Shown piece by piece: positions 28,371 through 37,209 of a stretch of 40,000 nt of DNA. The notes beneath the pieces were generated by a model. That model made no database searches. It was not told where the DNA came from and saw nothing but the letters and a program-made list of their open reading frames with translations. The stretch lies in sequence record MH552500.1; one strand, 5' to 3'. The stretch's first letter is position 1, and each line of letters starts with the position of its first letter. A program made the translations under genes and the position numbers. The DNA is from a crAssphage sp. isolate ctcc615.

Positions 28371-29684
28371 ACTCTTATGAGATGTTAAACTAAAACCATA
28401 ATCTAAATCTCTACTAAACTCAATGTTACCTGTAGTTGGATTAATTATATTAGTAAGAAGTAAACAACTTTCCTTAAAACTAAAATAATCTCTCCAACGT
28501 TGTGCTCTAGTACGACTATTTGCAGCTTTTGCAGCTTGAATTAAATCACGAGATAATTTAACATACATTTGTATAGTAAATTTATCTTTATGATCTATAA
28601 CAAACAAAGGAGATGTATTGCTACCTCCATGAATTGCAGTAAATCGTACCATAAATCCTTTAAGATTATATTTAGGATGTGTATAATTAACAACATCTTT
28701 CAATATATACTCTTCAGAATTTTTAATAATACAATCATTAAATTGATTTACAATAGTAACATAACTAATAATTAAATCATTTTTTGTTATGACAGATTTA
28801 TCAGCATCTACAATTATGATGTTTCTTATAAATTTATTCCAAGCAGAAACTGTATTATTAGTATATGCTATTATTTTAGCATAATCTACATTTCTAGTAA
28901 GTTCTTCATTATTAAAGTTTATATTTATTAATTTTTCAAATTCTGATTGATTACAAACATGATAACCTTTAGTGTTATCTTCATTAAATTTACTACGATT
29001 TTTAGAAATATACTCAAGAAATTTAAAAGTCTTATGTTCTATATCATATCGAAGTAAATTAAGAAGATAACTTATAGGATTATCATCTCCTTGGCGAACA
29101 ACTTGTGTAAGTTTGCTTGTTTTTATTCCTTTAAAGGCAGAACTATACTTTTCGTTAACAGGAGAAAGTTGACTAGAATCTCCAATATAAATAATTTTAC
29201 ATTTGTTAGTCTTACAAGTTTTTTCAAGAAACATTATAAGACCTCTATTTATCATAGAAGATTCATCGACAATATACAACTGATAATTACCAATTTTAAT
29301 TTTGCCTTTAGGATCGAATGGTGGATTATCTATATCAAATTTTTCAACATCAAAATTAAGTCTTAAACCTAAATCAGATTGAAGAGTATTTACTTTAACA
29401 TTTGGAATTTGAATACTTTCGAATAAAACTCTACATGCTTTATGTGTTGGAGCAGAAAGTCCTATAGTAGAATAGCTTAATCCACAATTTTTTATAAGAG
29501 CTTTAACTAAATAAGTTTTACCTGTACCAGCCGGCCCAACTAACGCTCTTTTATAATCATTTTCATCATAAGGATTATTGATAAAATCTATAAGAGAACT
29601 ATAAGCATTACGTTGATCATCAGTAAAACCTAAAATACTTACTGGGTCTTTACCATTAGCTTGGCTTGTAGATGTTATATTCAT
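28371..29684 (-). CDS. SF1 (Dda/RecD-like) helicase, exon 1
   Basis: ALVGPAGTGKTYLVKAL (Walker A), LYIVDESSMI (Walker B), IYIGDSSQLSP, LTQVVRQGD; exon ends FSLTSHKS at the splice site. Confidence 0.93.
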
Positions 29685-30187
29685 TTACTAAATAACGGTT
29701 TTGAATCATCTATTTTTACATTTATTAGTTTATTCTCTGATTTATAATTATAAGAAATTAAATCTTCATAATCAAAATACATAATTCCATTTTCTTTAAT
29801 AATACGACCAACAATTAATATATCTTCTTTAAAGACATCATATTGATCTTTTATACCTGGATTTACATTTGTTTTTGTACAATCTCTTATAATACAAATA
29901 GAATGTCCTAATTTATCTTTTTCTTTTAACCAAACACGTTCTTTATCTTTTAAACTTAAACTTCTTTCTGTAAAAGGAAGTACTAAAATTTCATTTTTTA
30001 ATGTAAAACTATCTGTAACATTAACAACGTCTTTATCGTAATTTACTATAGCTTTAAATTCATTATCAATTTTAGTTACGACAGCTAAACATCTTCTAGA
30101 AGTTTTATTAGTTTTAGTTTTAGGATTTATGTTACGTTTTGGTTTACTAGCTATAACAATGTTAAAACTAGGATTAAATACTTTCAT
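29681..30187 (-). CDS. Hypothetical protein
   Basis: ORF overlapping helicase start by 4 nt. Confidence 0.6.
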   Translation of the reverse strand: MKVFNPSFNIVIASKPKRNINPKTKTNKTSRRCLAVVTKIDNEFKAIVNYDKDVVNVTDSFTLKNEILVLPFTERSLSLKDKERVWLKEKDKLGHSICIIRDCTKTNVNPGIKDQYDVFKEDILIVGRIIKENGIMYFDYEDLISYNYKSENKLINVKIDDSKPLFSK

Positions 30188-30477
30188 TACTTTTTCTTTT
30201 TCTTATTTGTAAGAGTATTTTCTTTAGCAAGTTTCTTTGCTTCACGTTTACGTTTCATAGAAGCATCATCAGTCGATGTAAACTTTCTGCTAATACTAAC
30301 ATTGTTATTCCATATAAAATGCCATCCACAATAATGTGTAAGATAATCAATTCTACCCCAACTCTTATTGCCTATAATAGCAGATTTTGGAGCTTGAATT
30401 GTTTTATTAGAATAATCAACCTTAGCAATTCTACTAATAAGAATCAAATCTTTGTTTTCGTCATCTTTTTTAGCCAT
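30187..30477 (-). CDS. Hypothetical basic protein
   Basis: ORF with Lys-rich C-terminus. Confidence 0.55.
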   Translation of the reverse strand: MAKKDDENKDLILISRIAKVDYSNKTIQAPKSAIIGNKSWGRIDYLTHYCGWHFIWNNNVSISRKFTSTDDASMKRKREAKKLAKENTLTNKKKKK

Positions 30478-30530
30478 TTTACAACAAATTTTAAAATTAT
30501 TAAAAATAAAAGTCTTACTGACTTTATAAG

Positions 30531-31085
30531 TTAATATACACCTACAAAATCAATAAGAACTTCTTTATCTGTATCTTTATATTTTGCTATATTCTTTTTA
30601 TTATTGAATTTAGCATATAGACGAGGAAACCAATCATCAAATATTGTTCCAGTCATAGAAGAAACTAATTGTAAACCTGTATAAGCAGGAATATCAATTA
30701 GTTTTTCCCAAGTAGATTTTCTAGTACCTTCTACAAATTTTATATTTTTAAATGTTTTAATGTAATTTTCTACATCAATTTTAAATAATTTTATATCTTC
30801 TTTTCTATTAGATTCTAAAACTATTCTAACAGTACAATCTGTAAATTCATTTATGGTAGATAACGTTCTCCATACACCAGCACCAATACGTTTAAACTTT
30901 ATAATACCATGAGCAAAACATGGAACAGTATATTCATATGCAATTCTAATATCAAATATACGAACTCCACATTTATATTGTTCATGTATATCTTTATCTT
31001 GACATTTAACTATAAAATGAAAAGGTCGCATCCACCACTTAAGAGGTGGCAGATACGACATACTATTATGAGAACCTAATATCAT
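30531..31085 (-). CDS. PI-PLC-like phosphodiesterase
   Basis: GSHNSMSY...W...CQDKDIHEQYKCGVRIFDIRIAYE...AHGI: PI-PLC X-domain layout. Confidence 0.8.
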   Translation of the reverse strand: MILGSHNSMSYLPPLKWWMRPFHFIVKCQDKDIHEQYKCGVRIFDIRIAYEYTVPCFAHGIIKFKRIGAGVWRTLSTINEFTDCTVRIVLESNRKEDIKLFKIDVENYIKTFKNIKFVEGTRKSTWEKLIDIPAYTGLQLVSSMTGTIFDDWFPRLYAKFNNKKNIAKYKDTDKEVLIDFVGVY

Positions 31086-31088
31086 ATT

Positions 31089-31715
31089 TTAATCATTTAC
31101 CATAAAATAATCTTTAAGAAGTTGAACATTTTCGGGATAAGAAAGAAATTTTATTGCTTGTTCTTCAGTATGAAATGCAATAAGATGTTTGTTTTCTATA
31201 AGATTAATTATTTTAAAATTCTTTGAATAACTGTTATATTGAATACATCTATAATTATTTTTACCATTCCATTCTTTATCAGTCATATTTCCACCATAAC
31301 CAACTTCAATTAGTTGATAAATTTTAAGAAGAGCGAGAACTGATTTTTCAATAGGAGAATATTCAATTTCTTTATCACATCCATACTTGTCTATTGTTGA
31401 TAAATTATATGTAATTTCTTTATTACTATTTTTAAGTTCATTATAAGTTTTAATAGTTTTCTTATTATTTTCTTTATTAAATTTATTCCAATCTCTTTGG
31501 TATTTAGATGGGAATAATAAACATTCTGGACCAAGCATATCAGGTTTACCATCTTTACTAAAAGTAATTTTATTACTAGTATGAGATTTAAAATATAAAG
31601 GATAAGGGTATCGTTCGTCAATATGTGTAAGTTTTATATTTCCGTATAAAGAACTATAAAAAGTTTCTCCTTCGTGTCCTTTAAGAATTTCACAAAGATT
31701 TATATTTTCATTCAT
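31089..31715 (-). CDS. Hypothetical protein
   Basis: 208-aa ORF. Confidence 0.55.
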   Translation of the reverse strand: MNENINLCEILKGHEGETFYSSLYGNIKLTHIDERYPYPLYFKSHTSNKITFSKDGKPDMLGPECLLFPSKYQRDWNKFNKENNKKTIKTYNELKNSNKEITYNLSTIDKYGCDKEIEYSPIEKSVLALLKIYQLIEVGYGGNMTDKEWNGKNNYRCIQYNSYSKNFKIINLIENKHLIAFHTEEQAIKFLSYPENVQLLKDYFMVND

Positions 31716-31741
31716 ATTTTTATTAATTTAATTATTAATTG

Positions 31742-31825
31742 TAGCTATAGCGGGAATCGAACCCGCACGAACATAATGTTCAAAAGATTTTAAGTCTTTC
31801 GTGTCTACCATTCCACCATATAGCC
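31742..31825 (-). tRNA. tRNA-Leu(UAA), long variable arm, no encoded CCA
   Basis: Acceptor GGCTATA/TATAGCT, anticodon loop CTTAAAA, T arm GCGGG-TTCGATT-CCCGC. Confidence 0.9.
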
Positions 31826-31835
31826 TAATATTTAA

Positions 31836-32054
31836 TTATTCTTCATAACCGTTTATATAAAGAAGTTCTTCTATGTTATTATTAGAAGTTACAGGTAATT
31901 GTTTAATATTTATATTATAATCAGCGTTTATAAAACCGCTAAAATCTTCTATACTTTTACATGCAATATTTTTAGCAGATAGTTCATCTTTAGCAGTTAT
32001 AACACAAATATATAAACTATAATGTCCATTAAAAGTTACAACATAAGTATTCAT
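31836..32054 (-). CDS. Hypothetical protein
   Basis: 72-aa ORF. Confidence 0.5.
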   Translation of the reverse strand: MNTYVVTFNGHYSLYICVITAKDELSAKNIACKSIEDFSGFINADYNINIKQLPVTSNNNIEELLYINGYEE

Positions 32055-32068
32055 ATAATTAAAGAAAA

Positions 32069-32155
32069 TATAATATTATTTTTAATGATTTCAGACAACT
32101 TTCTACGGGGGTGCTATAATTGGTCACTATTACAATAAAAATCTAACAGAGATAA
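32069..32155 (-). promoter_or_regulatory. Leader region with degenerate third copy (C) of the dispersed intergenic element plus one CCCCCGTAGA motif
   Basis: TTTTTAATGATTTCAGACAAC ... CTAACAGAGA at near-identical spacing to copies A and B; directly upstream of 31836..32054. Confidence 0.4.
32099..32115 (-). repeat. Dispersed motif copy 8: AGCACCCCCGTAGAAAG
   Basis: Leader of 31836..32054. Confidence 0.85.
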
Positions 32156-32191
32156 ATTATAATGTAAAATCGACTATATTAGATATAATAA

Positions 32192-32221
32192 ATCGGCTCT
32201 ATTTTCACAAACAAAGCCGAT
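32192..32221 (-). terminator. Hairpin ATCGGCT...AGCCGAT downstream of 32239..32577
   Basis: 7-bp stem followed by TTTATT on the minus strand. Confidence 0.6.
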
Positions 32222-32238
32222 AACCGGGTCTATAACAT

Positions 32239-32577
32239 TTAATACAGTATGACTTTTATTATATGATTAATATTGAATCCTATCATTATTAACAATAGGA
32301 AAATACTTATTACAATTATTAATTTGTTAGTATTCTTAATTCGAGTGTAATTATGTAATAATTCATAATAATCGCTAGTCATATCATCTATTGTTTTTTC
32401 AAAATCAATTCTTTCTATATGACGTTTATTGCTTGCAAGATGTAATTTTTCTGTTAAATTAGATATTACATTATTGAGATCTTTTTCTTTAGCATCTTTT
32501 CTAAATATAATATCTATAAGTTGAGCTTTAGTTTTACGCTCTAAACTCTTAGGAGTATTTTCTTGTTTCTTATTCAT
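32239..32577 (-). CDS. Small protein with C-terminal TM helix
   Basis: LIIVISIFLLLIMIGF near C-terminus. Confidence 0.6.
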   Translation of the reverse strand: MNKKQENTPKSLERKTKAQLIDIIFRKDAKEKDLNNVISNLTEKLHLASNKRHIERIDFEKTIDDMTSDYYELLHNYTRIKNTNKLIIVISIFLLLIMIGFNINHIIKVILY

Positions 32578-32710
32578 ATTGTATTTCTTCTGAAAAATTA
32601 TCTATATTATCTTCTACTATTTTATCTCCATATAAATCTATTGTATCAAAATCTTGAGATAAAACATCAAAATCTATATTAACACCAAAACTATTAAAAT
32701 CGTCTTTCAT
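32570..32710 (-). CDS. 46-aa acidic ORF (not in supplied track)
   Basis: MKDDFNSFGVNIDFDVLSQDFDTIDLYGDKIVEDNIDNFSEEIQYE*, overlaps the next start codon region as other genes here do. Confidence 0.5.
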   Translation of the reverse strand: MKDDFNSFGVNIDFDVLSQDFDTIDLYGDKIVEDNIDNFSEEIQYE

Positions 32711-32962
32711 AATCATTACAATATTATATTTATTTATATTTGCAAATATAATTATACTATTGTAATAATTATAACAGACAAGTATTATTTTTATATTGTT
32801 AACAATATTGGATAACCACTGTAGTTATTTTTCATAAATGCTCTACAAGCTAAACTATAAGCTTTATGAATATTGTTAGTAAATACATTTATGGTACTAA
32901 TTTCATCCTTTGAATTAGTAGATTTGAAGAAGTAAAATTTCATAAGATTGTAATGTTAGAAA

Positions 32963-32998
32963 TAAGCTATGAATAGTATTTCTACCATTCATAGCTTA
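32963..32998 (-). terminator. Perfect 12-bp hairpin TAAGCTATGAAT...ATTCATAGCTTA after 33020..33511
   Basis: Inverted repeat just 3' of the gene's stop on the minus strand. Confidence 0.65.
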
Positions 32999-33019
32999 AA
33001 ATTGTTATTAATTATTAGA

Positions 33020-33511
33020 TTAAATGCCAAGAAGACTATTTGCAAGTCTATCTATTTTACGAATAGCAAAATCACTCAACTGAATATCAGTTACGTGATT
33101 TATAATAGTAGCATGGTCGAATATAGTTGCTTCTGCATTTGTAGACCAAGGATTACGATATTCCTGACCTTCTGCTACAGGTTCCTGGATAATAGTAATT
33201 GTAGCACGAGATAGAACGACACTCATAGCATCAGGATGAGATGTAAGATGATTTACTGCAAAAGCAACATTATCGTTATCTTTTAGAAGCGATGTAATAC
33301 CGTATAGAGAAACAAATATTACATTAGTTTCTCCTTCTTCGTAAGTAACACCGTTGTCTTTACTTACCATACCTTTTACTGGATTATTCAAAGTAAGAGC
33401 AAGACGAACATAATTCTCGCAGTTAGTAACGTTAACATTCTTAACCTTAAGATCTTTTACCTGTACACCACCGTTCTTCAGCAGGTTGGAGATGATTTCT
33501 TTCTTTTCCAT
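33020..33511 (-). CDS. Hypothetical protein, paralogue of 35830..36246
   Basis: VKNVNVTNCENYVRLALTLNNPVKGMV...YEEGETNVIFVSLYGITSLLKDNDNVAF vs VKAVRMFINEDNATVTLTLDKAVKGFK...FEEAETDTISFFRSALTAQLCDVNDDIAL. Confidence 0.75.
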   Translation of the reverse strand: MEKKEIISNLLKNGGVQVKDLKVKNVNVTNCENYVRLALTLNNPVKGMVSKDNGVTYEEGETNVIFVSLYGITSLLKDNDNVAFAVNHLTSHPDAMSVVLSRATITIIQEPVAEGQEYRNPWSTNAEATIFDHATIINHVTDIQLSDFAIRKIDRLANSLLGI

Positions 33512-33650
33512 AATAAATTTTATTTAAATGATTAATATTAATATAAGGTTTATCACCTTCTTTTATTTAATTTATTTTTGTAACATAATGATAATAAATA
33601 TATTCAGTTTGGTACTATTTATTATCATTATGTTACAGATTGTTTTATTG

Positions 33651-33932
33651 TTATTTGTTATCTTCTTTATATTCTCTTCCCATAGCCTTTTGTATATCTT
33701 TAGGAAGATAATATTTATACTTTTTACCAGTCTTTTTAGATACTTTCCAAATATAGAAAGCACCAGACATACTCTTATACACATTATACTTTTTAGTATT
33801 AATAGTATAAGTATCTGTTGTTGTAGTATCAGTATATTCTACTGATTGTTTTGTTGGTGCTACATAATCTTTAGCACTTACTACTATTGATAATCCTATT
33901 AACAATAGCAAACAAATAATAAATCTTTTCAT
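33651..33932 (-). CDS. Small secreted protein
   Basis: Signal peptide MKRFIICLLLLIGLSIVVSA. Confidence 0.6.
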   Translation of the reverse strand: MKRFIICLLLLIGLSIVVSAKDYVAPTKQSVEYTDTTTTDTYTINTKKYNVYKSMSGAFYIWKVSKKTGKKYKYYLPKDIQKAMGREYKEDNK

Positions 33933-33953
33933 ATAAATTTGTTTATATTATTA

Positions 33954-34208
33954 TTAGTTTTCCCACCATATACCGTAGTTGTCAAGGTAGTTTTGAAATT
34001 CTTCTGATTCTACCAATACATCCAAATAATAGTCAGGATTAGCTTCATATATAGAATCGCAATAGTGCTCGTATTCATAGTCACGAGCACTATTGTTCTG
34101 TTGTTTTGATCCTATTATGAATATTATCAGAATTGATAATATTACAGCTATTGCATATAATGCTTGTTGAACTATATATATTAATATTCTCTTTTGTTTT
34201 TCGTTCAT
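33954..34208 (-). CDS. Small membrane protein
   Basis: TM helix ALYAIAVILSILIIFII. Confidence 0.55.
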   Translation of the reverse strand: MNEKQKRILIYIVQQALYAIAVILSILIIFIIGSKQQNNSARDYEYEHYCDSIYEANPDYYLDVLVESEEFQNYLDNYGIWWEN

Positions 34209-34216
34209 GATCGCTG

Positions 34217-34408
34217 TTATATTTGTTCTGAAAACGATATTTCTTCTGTTTTGTATATTTTTAGAAGAGTTATTTTATATCCTAAAGATATAATTCTTTT
34301 CTTTACTTCGACAGCTTCATGTTTAGCTGCTCTATCTGTTCTGTAAGAATATACTTTTGTTTGTACATCTCCTGTTGGTAGAACGTAAGTTACGATTATT
34401 TTATACAT
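34217..34408 (-). CDS. Small hypothetical protein
   Basis: 63-aa ORF in array. Confidence 0.45.
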   Translation of the reverse strand: MYKIIVTYVLPTGDVQTKVYSYRTDRAAKHEAVEVKKRIISLGYKITLLKIYKTEEISFSEQI

Positions 34409-34521
34409 AATGTTGAGTTTTGTTTTGATTTAGATAATTGATGAATTGTTTTATCTATACAAAATCGTCATATCTTAAATATAATTTATGATGATTTTTA
34501 TATAGATAGAAGAGAGAGGTT

Positions 34522-34617
34522 TTACCGATATAGGAAATATATACCTGCTATCATTCCAAAGAATGATATAAAATCAAATAGTATAACTCCTATAAATTCT
34601 TTTTCTGAAACTTTCAT
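34522..34617 (-). CDS. 31-aa TM micro-ORF (not in supplied track)
   Basis: MKVSEKEFIGVILFDFISFFGMIAGIYFLYR*. Confidence 0.35.
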   Translation of the reverse strand: MKVSEKEFIGVILFDFISFFGMIAGIYFLYR

Positions 34618-34943
34618 AGATGATTTTGGATAATGATTGGATTGAATTGATTGGTTGAATTGATAGTTTAGATAATAGTTTAGATAACTATTGGGTTAAT
34701 GGCAAACTCTTGACAGTATTTTAATGAAGAGAATGACATTAATTTTAAGTTATATTTATATTATTGGAAGAGAGGTTGAGAGAATAGTTGAGGTAGATAG
34801 CAGTAAATATTAAGAGAGATAATGAGAGAGAAAGAGAGATAGGATGAAATAGGAGGTTGAGGGGGTAGTCCTCCTCACACTCCTACTCATCGTATCAAAA
34901 CAAAACAATCTCTAACACTTACCTTCAATCTTACTTCTACTTC

Positions 34944-35141
34944 TTATCCCAATAACTTTGCTTCTGCTTTTGTATATATTTTATCTAACATACCAGCAAA
35001 ATAGCAAAGAACTCTTATCGCAGTTAACACAGCATATCTTATTACAGATAATGCCAGTTTTACAACATACATTACTACTAATATAGCAAATACTACAAAA
35101 GCAATAATATAAAAAATAACAAATTTGATGTTCTTTTTCAT
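34944..35141 (-). CDS. Small membrane protein (start at MKKNIKF proposed)
   Basis: IIAFVVFAILVVMYVVKLALSVIRYAVL. Confidence 0.45.
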   Translation of the reverse strand: MKKNIKFVIFYIIAFVVFAILVVMYVVKLALSVIRYAVLTAIRVLCYFAGMLDKIYTKAEAKLLG

Positions 35142-35654
35142 ATCCTTTATGAAATTATTATTAATATTAAAGATAATGATAATATTTAGTCTAAAGCTCT
35201 TATACCACGTCAAGGTAATTATCTTATAAGAGATTTTAGTAGTGTTATTATAATAACACTACAAGGAATTTCAACCTTACAACCACTATGCCACTTAATT
35301 TAAGTATTTCTACTAAGGTTGAGGCCAACCTTTAATTAAATCACATCATAATACAAGTTGTTTAACCTGTACAACATACTTGCAAAAGGTTTTAATGTTA
35401 TAACGATTAATATTCTGCAATTAGTAATATAGTGTGTAGAGTAGCTAATTCTACACTTGACTATATTACTAATTGTTTAATAGTATTTGCAACTACTATT
35501 AAATGCAACCTTCAACGGGCGTTAAGCACATACTCTTCGTATGTCAAATAGTACGCTTTATTCGTCATTATATCTATCTTAACGCTATTTCGATTATAAT
35601 GATATAGATAGAGCTATACTTGTACTTCGTATAGGTATCGGGTTAAACAATAAT

Positions 35655-35690
35655 ATAAGTCTTATTATAAGTCTTATTATAAGTCTTATT
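35655..35690. repeat. Three perfect tandem copies of TATAAGTCTTAT
   Basis: Directly readable; the core ATAAGTCTTAT is an odd-length palindrome. Confidence 0.9.
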
Positions 35691-35719
35691 TGATATAATC
35701 CAAAAAGGATAAACCATAT

Positions 35720-35765
35720 CTTGCTTTTTTGGGTTTGAGCAAAACTTGCTTTTTTGGGAATGAGC
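35720..35765. repeat. Left direct-repeat pair flanking the GC-rich paralogue gene
   Basis: CTTGCTTTTTTGGGTTTGAG (35720-35739) and CTTGCTTTTTTGGGAATGAGC (35745-35765). Confidence 0.9.
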
Positions 35766-35829
35766 AGACTTGAAAGAAATGCTGAAATTGATGCGGAGAA
35801 AATCCACACCAATTTCAGCAAAGATGACA

Positions 35830-36246
35830 TCAAAGAGCAGTTGCTTTGTCAAGAGCAGCAACAGCTTTGGCACTCAGAGTAATGCCAGTGATTGTTGTGA
35901 TGTAGCAATCGCGCTGAATAGCACGTTCGCCAACAACTTCACCAGCAGCTTTGAACTCGCGTTCAAGTGTCAGCTTGGCGCCAAACAGAATAGCACCAAA
36001 TTCACGCTGACCAAACGCATGTTCTGACATTGATCGGAACAGAGCAATGTCATCATTGACATCACAGAGTTGAGCAGTCAGAGCACTGCGAAAGAAGCTG
36101 ATTGTGTCAGTTTCAGCTTCTTCGAATGTTCCAGCATCAGTTCTTTTGAAGCCTTTGACAGCTTTGTCGAGAGTAAGAGTAACAGTTGCATTGTCTTCGT
36201 TGATGAACATGCGAACAGCTTTGACGGTAGCTTTAATTGTTTCCAT
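35830..36246 (-). CDS. GC-rich paralogue of 33020..33511
   Basis: 138-aa ORF, markedly higher GC than surroundings; aligns with 33020..33511. Confidence 0.75.
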   Translation of the reverse strand: METIKATVKAVRMFINEDNATVTLTLDKAVKGFKRTDAGTFEEAETDTISFFRSALTAQLCDVNDDIALFRSMSEHAFGQREFGAILFGAKLTLEREFKAAGEVVGERAIQRDCYITTITGITLSAKAVAALDKATAL

Positions 36247-36301
36247 AACAATTTGATTATTTTGGTTAATATTATTGGTAGCAGTCCTTCTACTACCAAA
36301 A

Positions 36302-36358
36302 CTTGCTTTTTTGGGTTTGAGATTTGGAGGAAGATGAGCTTGCTTTTTGGGAATGAGC
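36302..36358. repeat. Right direct-repeat pair flanking the GC-rich paralogue gene
   Basis: CTTGCTTTTTTGGGTTTGAG (36302-36321) and CTTGCTTTTTGGGAATGAGC (36339-36358), same order as the left pair. Confidence 0.9.
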
Positions 36359-36862
36359 CTAGGGGACTTTGACTTGCTTTATTAACACCGGGGGAGTTTT
36401 GTATATAGCCTCCGTTTCCCACATCTAAACCTTCTCAACCAAAAAAAATTTCCACTACCTAGCTAACAACCTATCATAACAATTCCTAAATCTTCATCTT
36501 TAGTTTCCTAAACCGAATCACCGTAATATTCCATTCAATCTTTATTTTATTATGACTTAAACCTCCACTTTAACCCTTAATTTCAATCTAATATTTATAA
36601 TAATCTAAAATCTCTTTAATAACAAATAATTCTATTTTGCTTTTAGGTTTTCTAATAATCTCAATTTTATCTTTAAGTTTAGTAGATATTCTAGTAATAT
36701 TTAAAATATAAGTTTTAGTAGTTAGTCAAGTATTATTAAAAGTATTTATTTTAGCTATAATTAGAACACATAAAAGAACAATATAAAAACACATTGCCAC
36801 AATATAAAACATAATAGATAAAATAAGTTATAATGTAATAGTATTTGTAATATAAAAATAAA

Positions 36863-36888
36863 TACTCCTCGTATCACTACGAAGAGTA
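36863..36888 (-). terminator. Hairpin TACTCCTCGTA-TCAC-TACGAAGAGTA, T-rich on its minus-strand 3' side
   Basis: 11-bp stem with one mismatch. Confidence 0.4.
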
Positions 36889-37039
36889 CCAACTCGGATG
36901 TCATAACAATCTTAACTTTTACCCACTGCAAATATAATAAAAATATTAATAGCTTCAAAAGGTATTATATAATTTTAACAAATATGATAAAAATCCTTAA
37001 AATGTACATAATTTAACATATAGTAACTATTATCTGTAA

Positions 37040-37209
37040 TATTATTATTATATTTGTACTATTATATATTATATATAATATAATAATATTATATATAATA
37101 TTATTATATTATTATATTATATAATATATTATATGTAATATAATATATTATATAATATAATAATAAATATAAATAATATATTATATTTATTATTAATTAA
37201 ATTAATATT
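37040..37209. promoter_or_regulatory. Near-pure A/T divergent intergenic tract (divergent promoter and/or origin unwinding region)
   Basis: Long ATATTATATAAT-type inverted repeats almost devoid of G/C, immediately before the first rightward gene. Confidence 0.5.

Noticed and set aside
35594-35873. ORFs 35594..35833 and 35643..35873 (-)
   Set aside because: They run through tandem and direct repeats and give repetitive peptides (YNKTYNKTYN, RLIIRLIIRL); likely spurious.
36389-36398. CACCGGGGGAG as another motif copy
   Set aside because: Only the G run and following AG match; TTCTACG is missing.
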